Assembly (NCBI GenBank): GCA_963977445.1 | Contig: CAXBPH010000148.1 | Location: 1-16,723 of the forward strand | Source: an uncultured bacterium | Lineage (GTDB): Bacteria > Hydrogenedentota > Hydrogenedentia > Hydrogenedentales > JAEUWI01 | Length of the DNA stretch: 16,723 bases | Reading direction: 5' to 3' | Shown: positions 1-8,137 of the stretch, in pieces | How positions within the stretch are numbered: the stretch's first letter is position 1 | Layout of the letters: every line of letters starts with the position of its first letter | Position numbers and translations under genes: made by a program | The notes under the pieces: model-generated | Database searches by the model: none | What the model saw: only the letters and a program-made list of their open reading frames with translations | Told to the model about the DNA's origin: nothing

Positions 1-84
1 CGCGACCCGCCCTACCGATAAAATCCTTCGCACCAAGCCATCCCCACCCCTCGAATCAAATATACGAGGTCGGTGCAGTCCCCG
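1..84. repeat. Copy 1 of an >=84-bp direct repeat (period 228 bp); may extend beyond the left window edge
   Basis: 1..84 aligns without gaps to 229..312 at 74/84 identity (manual count). It includes the exact core ccttcgcaccaagccatccccacccctcgaatcaa. Confidence 0.9.
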
Positions 85-96
85 GGGACTGCACCG
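71..96. repeat. Perfect 26-bp palindrome, REP-like
   Basis: cggtgcagtcccc (71..83) is followed immediately by its reverse complement ggggactgcaccg (84..96). Confidence 0.85.
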
Positions 97-174
97 GCGT
101 CACGTATTTCACCCGCCAAAACACAACACGTGGTTGGCTTTGCTCTGTCCGTACGAAGCAGCGAATTAGATAAC

Positions 175-220
175 CGGGGCCGTCCCCCTGAGGGCAATGC
201 ACTTCAGGGGGACGGCCCCG
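175..220. repeat. 17-bp perfect inverted repeat with 12-nt loop, REP-like; possible terminator or stabiliser downstream of iscS
   Basis: cggggccgtccccctga (175..191) pairs with tcagggggacggccccg (204..220). The arms resemble those of the 71..96 palindrome (GGGGACNGCNCCG). No clear U-tract. Confidence 0.8.
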
Positions 221-228
221 ACCATCTA

Positions 229-312
229 CGCGACTCACCCTACCAACAATAACCTTCGCACCAAGCCATCCCCACCCCTCGAATCAAGGTTACGAGGTCA
301 GTGCAGTCCCCG
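229..312. repeat. Copy 2 of the 84-bp direct repeat; overlaps the last codons and stop of iscS
   Basis: 74/84 identical to 1..84. It carries only the left half of the palindrome. The iscS TGA (298..300) lies inside it. Confidence 0.9.
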
Positions 313-1446
313 ACTCAGCGCTTCCACAATCCGCGCCACCACCACATCCACCTCCGCCGCCGTGGTCATTCGTCCCAGCGAGAAGCGAATGCTCCCGGCC
401 ATTCGTTCGTCGTCGCAGCCCATGGCCGCGAGCACGTAACTGGGTTGGCGCACGGCACTCGTGCAGGCCGATCGGGTGGAAACGTGAATTTCCGGTATGG
501 CCTTCATCAGTTGGTCGGCATTGACCTGGGCAAAACTCAAACTGGCGAAACCCGCCAGCCGTTCCACGCCGTGTCCATTGCGGCACACATCGAGCCGCGC
601 CATCAGTTCGGACTCCAGGTAGTCGCGCAGTCCGGCAACGCGGGCCTCCGCTTCGGCCTGTTCTTCGAGGGCCCACTTCGCAGCGGCCCCCAGCCCCACA
701 ATCCCCGGGACATTCAAGGTGCCCGAGCGCAGTCCCCGTTCGTGGCCTCCGCCGTGTTGCAGGGGCACACACCGCACCCGGGGCCCCTTACGCCGCACGT
801 ACAGCGCCCCTACTCCTTTGGGTCCGTAAATTTTGTGGGCACTCAAACTGAGCAGGTCGATGCAATCCCCTTCCACATCAATCGGCACCTTCCCAAAACT
901 CTGGGTGGCGTCGGTGTGAAAAAGCACGCCCTTTTCCCGACAGAGGGCACCGATCTTACCAATCGGCTGCAAGATACCCGTTTCGTTGTTGCCGTGCATC
1001 ACGGACACCAGAATGGTGGACGGCGTAATCGCGGCCGCCAATTCTTCCAGGTCGATTTGGCCCATTGCGTCCACGGAAAGATAGGTCACGTCCATCCCAC
1101 GGGTTTCCAGCCAGGCGCAACAATCCAATACGGCCTTGTGCTCCGTCGCCACCGTAATCACATGATTGCCCCGGCGCGTATAGTAGGGCGAAAAGGCCAC
1201 CCCCTGGAGGGCCAGGTTGTCGCACTCCGTGGCACCACTGGTCCACACGATTTCCCGGGGATCGGCTCCCAGCGCCGTCGCCACCTGTGTGCGGGCCCGT
1301 TCTACCGCGCTGTGGGCGTAGTCACCGCTGCCGTGTTGACGGCTTGCGGGGTTTCCATAGTGGGTGCTGAAAAAGGGCAGCATGACCTCTAGTACCCGAG
1401 GGTCCACGGGGGTCGTGGCCGCATAATCGAGATAGATATTCGTCAT
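298..1446 (-). CDS. iscS: Cysteine desulfurase, group I (IscS/NifS-like, PLP-dependent), 382 aa
   Basis: Motifs MTNIYLDYAATTP, YGNPAS, TSGATE, EHKAV, NNETG, HTDATQ, SAHKIYGPKG (PLP Lys), RSGT and catalytic loop STRSACTS. The start is set at ATG 1446, which overlaps the cyclase stop (ATGA). The extra N-terminus in the ORF track overlaps the cyclase gene. Confidence 0.93.
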   Translation of the reverse strand: MTNIYLDYAATTPVDPRVLEVMLPFFSTHYGNPASRQHGSGDYAHSAVERARTQVATALGADPREIVWTSGATECDNLALQGVAFSPYYTRRGNHVITVATEHKAVLDCCAWLETRGMDVTYLSVDAMGQIDLEELAAAITPSTILVSVMHGNNETGILQPIGKIGALCREKGVLFHTDATQSFGKVPIDVEGDCIDLLSLSAHKIYGPKGVGALYVRRKGPRVRCVPLQHGGGHERGLRSGTLNVPGIVGLGAAAKWALEEQAEAEARVAGLRDYLESELMARLDVCRNGHGVERLAGFASLSFAQVNADQLMKAIPEIHVSTRSACTSAVRQPSYVLAAMGCDDERMAGSIRFSLGRMTTAAEVDVVVARIVEALSRGLH

Positions 1447-3317
1447 GTCACTTCCGTCACCGCGCTGGACTGGTGAAGCCACTGCCGGGCATGGGCCAAG
1501 GCAGAGACCGTGTGCACCGTGGGATAAAGTTGTTCGTGGTACCAGAGCTTGGCGAAATAGAGTCCAATGGGCGCCGCTGGGAACGCCGTCCCCCCTTCCG
1601 TTGCGTCGCAGAGCCAATCGACCCCACGGTGGATGGCGTCCACGACTTCGGGAACGGCACCATCGGGGTCCTGATAACACAGGGCATCCAGCGCCAGGGC
1701 ACTTTCTTCGATACTGGGCACCACGCCTGGCGCACCGCCCCATCCGCCCTCCACACTCTGGGCCAACAGGAGCCATCCCACCCCGCGCCACCGGGCATGT
1801 TCCCAGTCGTCTCGCAAGGTGCCATAGACCGCAGCGCTTGGGACTCTTGGAACGCCCAGGGTCAGCGCCGTGCCATAGACCGGATTCTCCTGTTCCGGTG
1901 CCGCCTGGTTGCCAAACCACAGGGGCGTCCAATGGCCATCAATCGCCTGGGCAGCAAGCAGGAAGGTGAGGGCCCGCACCGCCGCCTCGTCCAACGTCGC
2001 CTGCTCGGCCTCGTCGAAGACATCCCTCCAGATAAACCAGGCCCGCAGGGTGTGGGCCGTCAAATCGGGACAACTCTTGTCGAAGGGCAACTTCCCCCAG
2101 CCCCGGCAAAAGGTGGGGATGCCCCCGTCTTTATTCTGCAAGCCCATGAGCCAACGCACACCGGCCCGCGCCTGCTCCGTAACCGAAGCGTCAACGGGTA
2201 GTCCTTCGTCGTCTTTCTCCGCCAGATGAAAGAGGGCGAGCAACGCCCCCGGTGTGTCATCCCCATCGGGCACGCCGCCAGAGAGATCGGTCCACGCCCA
2301 TCCGCCTGGCTCGGCGAGGGTGTAGGGGTGGGGCACCCGTCCCTGCTGACCGCCAATCCAATCCAGGAGTTGGCGCCGCTCGTCGTCGTTCAGGTGGCTT
2401 TCCAGGGCACCATCCCGCGCCAGGGCCTTCACACTCAGGGTGGTCACCCAGGTGCACAAATTCGTGTCAATGGGCCAGCTTCCATCGGGGCGCACGGTTT
2501 CCTCAAGAAAGCCAAGGCACGCCGATGTGACCGGGTGGGAAAGATGGCCGCTCCCAATCAGGCTCATGGCCACAAAACTCGTGAGGGGGGCCGCTTCGAG
2601 AAAGCCGCCGGACGCCGGTTGAATTTCCGCCAACACGCCCAACGTCCGGGGCCGCGCCAGGGTCCGAATCAACCGAATCAACGGGTTGCGGCTCGGGCTA
2701 CGGTGATGAATCACCGTCCCCACCGCGATAAGTGCAGGGAGGGCATAACTCACCACGGGCAGCCCCAGTCGGTTAAACCAGCGACGGGGCAGTCCGCCCA
2801 ACTCAAAGGGCAAGGCCGTTACGCCGCGCCAGGCCTTTCGTCCGGTTCCAAAACACCCGGCAAGGGCGCACAAGGTCAGGATGGGTATGGAAAAGGTTTT
2901 GTCCACGCCATAACGCGCGCTGATCGTTTTGGAAATGGCCCGGGGTGTGAGTTCCCCAATTTCACCGGCGAGCCAGAACGCCGCGCGATCCACCCCATCG
3001 GCATCTCCGTCGCCACGCTGGGCCACACGGAGCGCGGCCCAACATAAGGTTGTGGTGCTGATGTTGGTGGGACTCGCCACCGTATCGCCCCAGCCGCCGT
3101 CTTCGTTCTGATGGGTAGTGAGCCATTGGCGCGCACCGTCAATCAGTTCGTCATAGTCCGCCGTTTTGGTCTCTTGTCGGGCCAGTGTAAAGGCGCACAA
3201 GGCCGTCGCCGTGGACAGGGCACTGGACGATAACTCCCCGCACCAATAGCCCTCTGCCGTGCGGCCATTCAACAAGGCCCGTTGGGCATTCCGTAAGGTC
3301 TCTTCCAGTCGTTCCAT
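1443..3317 (-). CDS. Squalene-hopene-cyclase-like class II terpene cyclase (divergent), 624 aa
   Basis: Protonation motif PDGDDT (DxDD) after GGWAW. QW repeats WLTTHQNEDGGWG, WLMGLQNKDGG, FLLAAQAIDGHW and WLLLAQSVEGGWG. DLTAH matches the DVTAH motif of SHC. RBS AAGGA lies 5 nt before the ATG. Confidence 0.88.
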   Translation of the reverse strand: MERLEETLRNAQRALLNGRTAEGYWCGELSSSALSTATALCAFTLARQETKTADYDELIDGARQWLTTHQNEDGGWGDTVASPTNISTTTLCWAALRVAQRGDGDADGVDRAAFWLAGEIGELTPRAISKTISARYGVDKTFSIPILTLCALAGCFGTGRKAWRGVTALPFELGGLPRRWFNRLGLPVVSYALPALIAVGTVIHHRSPSRNPLIRLIRTLARPRTLGVLAEIQPASGGFLEAAPLTSFVAMSLIGSGHLSHPVTSACLGFLEETVRPDGSWPIDTNLCTWVTTLSVKALARDGALESHLNDDERRQLLDWIGGQQGRVPHPYTLAEPGGWAWTDLSGGVPDGDDTPGALLALFHLAEKDDEGLPVDASVTEQARAGVRWLMGLQNKDGGIPTFCRGWGKLPFDKSCPDLTAHTLRAWFIWRDVFDEAEQATLDEAAVRALTFLLAAQAIDGHWTPLWFGNQAAPEQENPVYGTALTLGVPRVPSAAVYGTLRDDWEHARWRGVGWLLLAQSVEGGWGGAPGVVPSIEESALALDALCYQDPDGAVPEVVDAIHRGVDWLCDATEGGTAFPAAPIGLYFAKLWYHEQLYPTVHTVSALAHARQWLHQSSAVTEVT

Positions 3318-3338
3318 GACGATCCTTTGCCGCTGCTC

Positions 3339-4217
3339 TCAGAGGCTGAGGTGCCCGAGGGCCAACAGGGCGTAGTAGGTATATTCAATATCTTCGGCTT
3401 CATCCAGCCAACTCCCACAGAATGCCTTGCCCGTCCAGAGGGAATCCAGAAAGTCGAGGCCCGGTTCCCGGAGGTGCTCCCAGGATACCCGCATCCCCGA
3501 AAGGGCATGGAGGGCCGTGGCCGTGGAAAGGAGGTCGGGCAATTCGATGCCACAAGTGGCCATGAAGCCGCCATCCCGGTGGGCCCGAGCCAATAGCCAG
3601 TCTCCGGCTTCCTCCGGTATGGGCGCGCCCAGGTGACGAAACAGGGTAATAGCGGCCGCCGTTGTGGGCGTCGTGCCCATGGGCAGGTTGGGCTCGTTGG
3701 CGTAACCACCGTCGCTGGTCCGAAGCCCCTCGACGACCCGGAGAATTCCTTCGGGGTCTGGCAGGGTCAGTCCCAGGTCCTGGTAGACGCCGAGGGCCAG
3801 AAAGCTGTGGTAAATGGTGCCGTGCTCCGCCTCGGGATGGGGACCATAGCCACCATCCGTCGTGCGACAGGTCTCAATCGCCGCCACAAGCCCCCGGGCA
3901 TCGGCGGGGTCCATGGCGCTGTCCAGGCTGGCCCAACAACGTGCCAGACACGCGCCGTGCACGAAGTCCAGCGCCGATCCATCTCCGAATCCGGAGAGAT
4001 AGGCCGTGGTCAGGGCCGTCGGTGGGGACACCTGCAGCGCAAGCAACCCTTCCAGCCCGAAAACGGAATAATAAAGGTCCTGGTTTCCGGCGCGGTCCCG
4101 GAAGCCGCCCCCTTCATGGGCCTGTGTCCCGAAAAACTCAGTGACCCGCTCCGTTGCCCCCGCCAACAACGTGGGAGCCAGCCGTGCGACCTGTAGCATT
4201 TCGAGCCTCAAACTCAC
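3339..4217 (-). CDS. Prenyltransferase/squalene oxidase repeat protein (single alpha/alpha barrel, protein-prenyltransferase beta-like), ~292 aa
   Basis: Repeated DGG[F/Y] units: GGGFRDRAGNQDLYYS, DGGYGPHP, DGGYANEP, DGGFMA...DLLST and AFCGSW...DIEYTYYALLAL. GTG 4217 has AAGGA 7 nt upstream; ATG 4199 is an alternative start. Confidence 0.82.
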   Translation of the reverse strand: MSLRLEMLQVARLAPTLLAGATERVTEFFGTQAHEGGGFRDRAGNQDLYYSVFGLEGLLALQVSPPTALTTAYLSGFGDGSALDFVHGACLARCWASLDSAMDPADARGLVAAIETCRTTDGGYGPHPEAEHGTIYHSFLALGVYQDLGLTLPDPEGILRVVEGLRTSDGGYANEPNLPMGTTPTTAAAITLFRHLGAPIPEEAGDWLLARAHRDGGFMATCGIELPDLLSTATALHALSGMRVSWEHLREPGLDFLDSLWTGKAFCGSWLDEAEDIEYTYYALLALGHLSL

Positions 4218-5961
4218 TGCAATATCCTTCGATAAGCTGCTCACTGAATATCTTACCAACGACGCGACGGAGCAAGCCTTTCAACGTCGCGTTGGGCAGA
4301 TAACGAAGGGAGCGCACCGCCTCTTCTTTATAGGCTTCCAACAACTCCTCCGCCTTCTCCAACACGCCCCGACCTTCGAGCACCGTTCGCACCGTCTCCC
4401 GCGCTTCGGCGTAGGTCGTGTCGCCGCACCAGAGGTCGGCGATGCAATCCTGCTGCGCCCCCTCGGCGGCACGCTTGTGGGCAATGGCCAGGATGAGTGA
4501 CGGACGGACCGCATCGAGATCGTGGGAATCCCCGTCATCGCTGTGGTCTTCAATATCGTCGGCAATCTGATAGGCGATGCCCAGGGCTTCGCTGTATTTC
4601 GTCAGCACGTCGTGGGTTTCCCCATCGGCCTTGCCGAGGCAGGCACCCAGACGAAGGGCCACCTCAAAGGCTGGGGCCGTCTTCATGCGGAAGATATCCA
4701 AGATTTCCATGGAGGAGAGCACCGAGCGTTTTTCCGCCCAGCACAATTCTGTGCCCTGTCCCCGGCTCAGCATTTGATGAGAAAGAGCGGCCAGCCGGAG
4801 CATCTCCACCTTGATGGCAGGCTCCGCGTCGATATCGGCGATAAGCTGATAGCCCAGACCCAACATAAAGTCGCCCACATTCAGGGCCACGGGTACGCTC
4901 CGCTCCACGTGCAAGGTCGCCGTGTCGTAACGTTTCTCATCCCCGTCTTCGATGTCATCGTGAATCAGGGATGCCTTGTGAAAACACTCGATAGCCACGG
5001 CCAGTTGGCGCAATGCGTGGCTCAGCTCGGGAGCCTCGTCGTGGTGCTCCCCTTCAATGGCCATATAGGTGCACGCCGCCAGATAGGGACGCCAACGTTT
5101 TCCATCTTTGGCCAGCCAATACCGCGCAATATCATCGGTTTCGCTGATGCATGGACCCAGCAGGTCATCCAGCGCATCCCGGGTAAACCAGGACTGCACA
5201 TCCTTCTTCAGGCCGTCCAGATCGAGGCGATAGGTTCGGTCATCCGAACTCAGATGGATCACATCCCAGACCCAATCCAAGTCCACGGTCGTGTTGATGC
5301 AATCATCCTGCAGCAGGGGAATCGCCACACTCGGAATGGCCGCCGCCTCCATATGGGGAAAACATTTTTCCAGCACGTTGAGACAACTCACCCCCACCAC
5401 CGCGTCAATCTTGCCTGTTTCGATCATCTTCCGCACAATGGCGGAACCCTCCGCCACCAACACGGCATAACCCAGCCGTTCCGCCTCCACCGAGAGATCC
5501 TGAATCGAGCAGAGGCCGCACTCTTTACAGAGCAGGCCAAATTCATCAAAAGGGGCCGGACACTTGCTCTCGACCCGCAGACATTTCGGGACGAGCAACA
5601 GGCGGCGTTCATAGGGTATCTGGGCCAGAGAGTCCGACCACGCCGCGTTGCTGACCAATACGGCCGCATAATCGGCGTACTGAGGATCCACCTGGGCGTG
5701 CTTCAGCACGGCCGCCGTGTGTTCCCGCAGTTCATCCATCGTCAAGGGCGGAACCAGTCCAACCGAACGGGCGTAGAGGCGGGTTACCTCTTTCAAATGA
5801 TTCCGAGTGGCCTTGCCATCGGGAATATCCGATTGGGCCGGGCGATAGGCCTGACGAGGCACCTTGGGCGGCAGCACCAGCGGGGGCAACGTACCATGGG
5901 ACACGCCACCGTTCTCCGGCATTGTAGCTGTCAGAGACCCGTTGCTTTTTTCTTCACTCAT
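4138..5961 (-). CDS. Cys-rich DUF116-like domain fused to a trans-polyprenyl diphosphate synthase, 607 aa
   Basis: C-terminal half: GKRWRP, FARM HKASLIHDDIED, GQ, KTA and SARM YQIADDIED. N-terminal half: RRLLLVPKCLR..CPA..LCKECGLC..VGVSC..DDCINTTVD, which I recognise as the DUF116 pattern. Confidence 0.88.
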   Translation of the reverse strand: MSEEKSNGSLTATMPENGGVSHGTLPPLVLPPKVPRQAYRPAQSDIPDGKATRNHLKEVTRLYARSVGLVPPLTMDELREHTAAVLKHAQVDPQYADYAAVLVSNAAWSDSLAQIPYERRLLLVPKCLRVESKCPAPFDEFGLLCKECGLCSIQDLSVEAERLGYAVLVAEGSAIVRKMIETGKIDAVVGVSCLNVLEKCFPHMEAAAIPSVAIPLLQDDCINTTVDLDWVWDVIHLSSDDRTYRLDLDGLKKDVQSWFTRDALDDLLGPCISETDDIARYWLAKDGKRWRPYLAACTYMAIEGEHHDEAPELSHALRQLAVAIECFHKASLIHDDIEDGDEKRYDTATLHVERSVPVALNVGDFMLGLGYQLIADIDAEPAIKVEMLRLAALSHQMLSRGQGTELCWAEKRSVLSSMEILDIFRMKTAPAFEVALRLGACLGKADGETHDVLTKYSEALGIAYQIADDIEDHSDDGDSHDLDAVRPSLILAIAHKRAAEGAQQDCIADLWCGDTTYAEARETVRTVLEGRGVLEKAEELLEAYKEEAVRSLRYLPNATLKGLLRRVVGKIFSEQLIEGYCSEFEARNATGRTAGSHVVGGGNGAGH

Positions 5962-6021
5962 CGCGCCACCAAATTCCTTTCCAAAAAACCACCACGACCA
6001 TTTACCACGGGGGTAAGGCTA

Positions 6022-7218
6022 TCAGGTGTATGCGCCGAAACCAAAAAACCAGTATTTCTTGGCAATGCGGTACAACCAGTGCTTCTCCGGAATTTCGTTG
6101 CCCGGATTATATTGGCTGTTCAACGAGCTCATCGCCTCCAACTCCGGCATGGCCTTCTTCCGGGCCGTCGTGTCGTGGGCACCGTTGCGCTCTACAATTT
6201 CTTTCAGCAGATCAGGCCGCTCCAACACAATACAACCCCGCGTGGCCTCGGCCGCCGTCTTGCGGAAATCCGCCAGCAATGGGGACTCCGTCATGGTCGT
6301 ATAGATGTCACCATCGTTGTCGTGAATCGATTCACTGGCAAACTGGATAATGGGACAGGGCTCAATATCACCCCAGGGGCTGATGTGGTGGCTGATGCCC
6401 ACCGCAGCCGGACAGAGCGCATTACCTTTGTCATCCCAATAGGCATCGACAAATCCGATGGACTTCTGGTTGCGCATTTCCACACCAAAACGACGAACCG
6501 CAAGAACCTGCTCGGGTTTCAACGCCAGTTCCGGCTTGGGGTCGGGCCCCACGGCGCGATAGGTGTGAAACCACGCGTAGTGCACGCCGCGCTGGATCAA
6601 TTCATCCACCCACGATTCCTGCACCAGGTCTTCAAAGTTATTCTGGCAGACGCTCGTCGCCACCCCCGTAATAATACGATGGCGAATGCAGGCTTCCAGG
6701 CCCCGCAGTGTGTGATTCAATACCTTCTTGCGACCCCGGCGCTCGTCACTGACGATTTCGCGGCCTTCAATGCTCAGCAACACGGTGGCATTGCCCACAC
6801 GGCGCAGTTCGGCCGCTACCTTGTCGGTGATGAAATGGCCGTTCGTAAAAATCTGAAAATAACAGTCGGGGTGGGCTTCCAGGATACGAATCAGATCGGG
6901 ATGCATGAAGGGCTCGCCACCAAGAATGCCAAAAAAGGTATTTCCATGTTTCTTGGCGTTGGTGATGAGCTTGTTCAGATCGTCGAAGGAGATCATGGAC
7001 TCTGGCGCGGCCACATCGACCCAACAGCCCTGACAACGGAGGTTGCAGCTGTTGATGATGGAGATATACAGAAAGGGCGGAAAGACTTTGCCCTTCTTCA
7101 GGCCGCGCTTGAAGCGCTCCACCGAAAGCATCCCCTTGAAGCCGAAGTTATAGCCAAACTTCCAGAGGAGCCGAAGGTCGACGGTGCGGACCATACGATA
7201 TACGAGGGACGGTAACAT
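6022..7218 (-). CDS. Radical SAM enzyme with C-terminal SPASM/twitch-like segment, ~398 aa
   Basis: CNLRCQGC (CxxxCxxC), LGGEPF and FTNG motifs. C-terminal CPAAVG...WGDIEPCP...GC. The start is set at ATG 7218, 4 nt after the upstream stop; the ORF-track start at 7335 lies inside the upstream gene. Confidence 0.9.
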   Translation of the reverse strand: MLPSLVYRMVRTVDLRLLWKFGYNFGFKGMLSVERFKRGLKKGKVFPPFLYISIINSCNLRCQGCWVDVAAPESMISFDDLNKLITNAKKHGNTFFGILGGEPFMHPDLIRILEAHPDCYFQIFTNGHFITDKVAAELRRVGNATVLLSIEGREIVSDERRGRKKVLNHTLRGLEACIRHRIITGVATSVCQNNFEDLVQESWVDELIQRGVHYAWFHTYRAVGPDPKPELALKPEQVLAVRRFGVEMRNQKSIGFVDAYWDDKGNALCPAAVGISHHISPWGDIEPCPIIQFASESIHDNDGDIYTTMTESPLLADFRKTAAEATRGCIVLERPDLLKEIVERNGAHDTTARKKAMPELEAMSSLNSQYNPGNEIPEKHWLYRIAKKYWFFGFGAYT

Positions 7219-7222
7219 AAGC

Positions 7223-8137
7223 TTAAATACCCCAATCATCCTGGGTTGGTGCGGGACGTTTCGCATCCTGGGAACTCCGGGAACGCTCCTGTCGCCGCTT
7301 AAGTTTTTCCCGCGCGCGTGTCGCACGTTCTTCAATATCGCCGGCGGAAGGCAGGGTCATCAAGACCTCATCCGGAATGTCCAGATCTTGTTTCAATTTC
7401 TTCAAACAGCGCTTGCGTTCGAGCAGAGCCTTGGATTCGTCCCGCTCTGTAGAAAACCGATTGCGCGCTTCCTTGGAACGGGATCGGAGCGACGCATAAA
7501 TATCGCCGCCCAGCAGCGATGAAATATCCACCTTCATGGCCTCACGCTGCAAATCTTCGGCACGAACCACGTCCCCGTTGATGGGACCTTTTTTATACTT
7601 GGGAAAGAGAATCGCCACTTCCGGGCACACCCGCGAACAGGCCGGGCAATCGGTTTTGCAATTGCTCTCGTTTTGCACCGTGATTTTTCCGTCCCCATCG
7701 ACCGAATACACGTCGAAGAGACAAAAACTCAGACACTGCATACAATTCGTGCAGCGGTCATAGTCGATAACGGGAAACCAGGGCTTCCAGGCCTTCAGGC
7801 TGCGGCCACCCACCGATTCACGAACGGTATGGGCCAGCTCCACGATGGCTTCGGGCAACAGCCCGCCAATATCCCGAAACTGAATTTCCCCCTCACCCGA
7901 ACCGGCCATCGCCTCTGGAGGGCGCTCGTCCTCGAACTGCCCCAATACCAACAAGGGCGATTCATCCTGGGGCGCCACGGCGCCACCGGCGAGGGGACGA
8001 CTCACTTCAAAACCTTCATCCAACAGAGCGAGCATGGCCGCCCCGCGGGTCTCTTCCTCCAGGGCGGTACTACCGTCCCCTTCGTAGAGCACCACACGCA
8101 GATTGGCTCCCTCGGTTTTGCTGGGTTGGCTCCTCAT
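7223..8137 (-). CDS. 2x[4Fe-4S] ferredoxin-domain protein with N- and C-terminal extensions, ~304 aa
   Basis: WFPVIDYDRCTNCMQCLSFC...NCKTDCPACSRVCP gives two cluster motifs. ATG 8137 overlaps the upstream stop (ATGA). The C-terminal tail is charged and helical. Confidence 0.87.
   Translation of the reverse strand: MRSQPSKTEGANLRVVLYEGDGSTALEEETRGAAMLALLDEGFEVSRPLAGGAVAPQDESPLLVLGQFEDERPPEAMAGSGEGEIQFRDIGGLLPEAIVELAHTVRESVGGRSLKAWKPWFPVIDYDRCTNCMQCLSFCLFDVYSVDGDGKITVQNESNCKTDCPACSRVCPEVAILFPKYKKGPINGDVVRAEDLQREAMKVDISSLLGGDIYASLRSRSKEARNRFSTERDESKALLERKRCLKKLKQDLDIPDEVLMTLPSAGDIEERATRAREKLKRRQERSRSSQDAKRPAPTQDDWGI

Noticed and set aside
1..312. CRISPR array
   Set aside because: Only two repeat copies of 84 bp with a 144-bp structured spacer; the sizes do not fit and there are no cas genes.
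1447..1932. N-terminal extension of IscS in the ORF track (544 aa), suggesting a fusion
   Set aside because: It overlaps the cyclase in another frame. Family similarity starts at MTNIYLDY, whose ATG overlaps the cyclase stop.
1443..3317. Calling the cluster a canonical hopanoid (hpn) or sterol operon
   Set aside because: No hpnCDE, recognisable hpnG/H or squalene epoxidase is present. The motif is DxDD rather than the DCTAE of oxidosqualene cyclases, and cavity motifs diverge from typical SHC.
4522..7215. 897-aa plus-strand ORF, and other long plus-strand ORFs (301..1392, 9024..10091, 2226..3047)
   Set aside because: They are antisense shadows of well-supported minus-strand genes in high-GC DNA and have no recognisable motifs.
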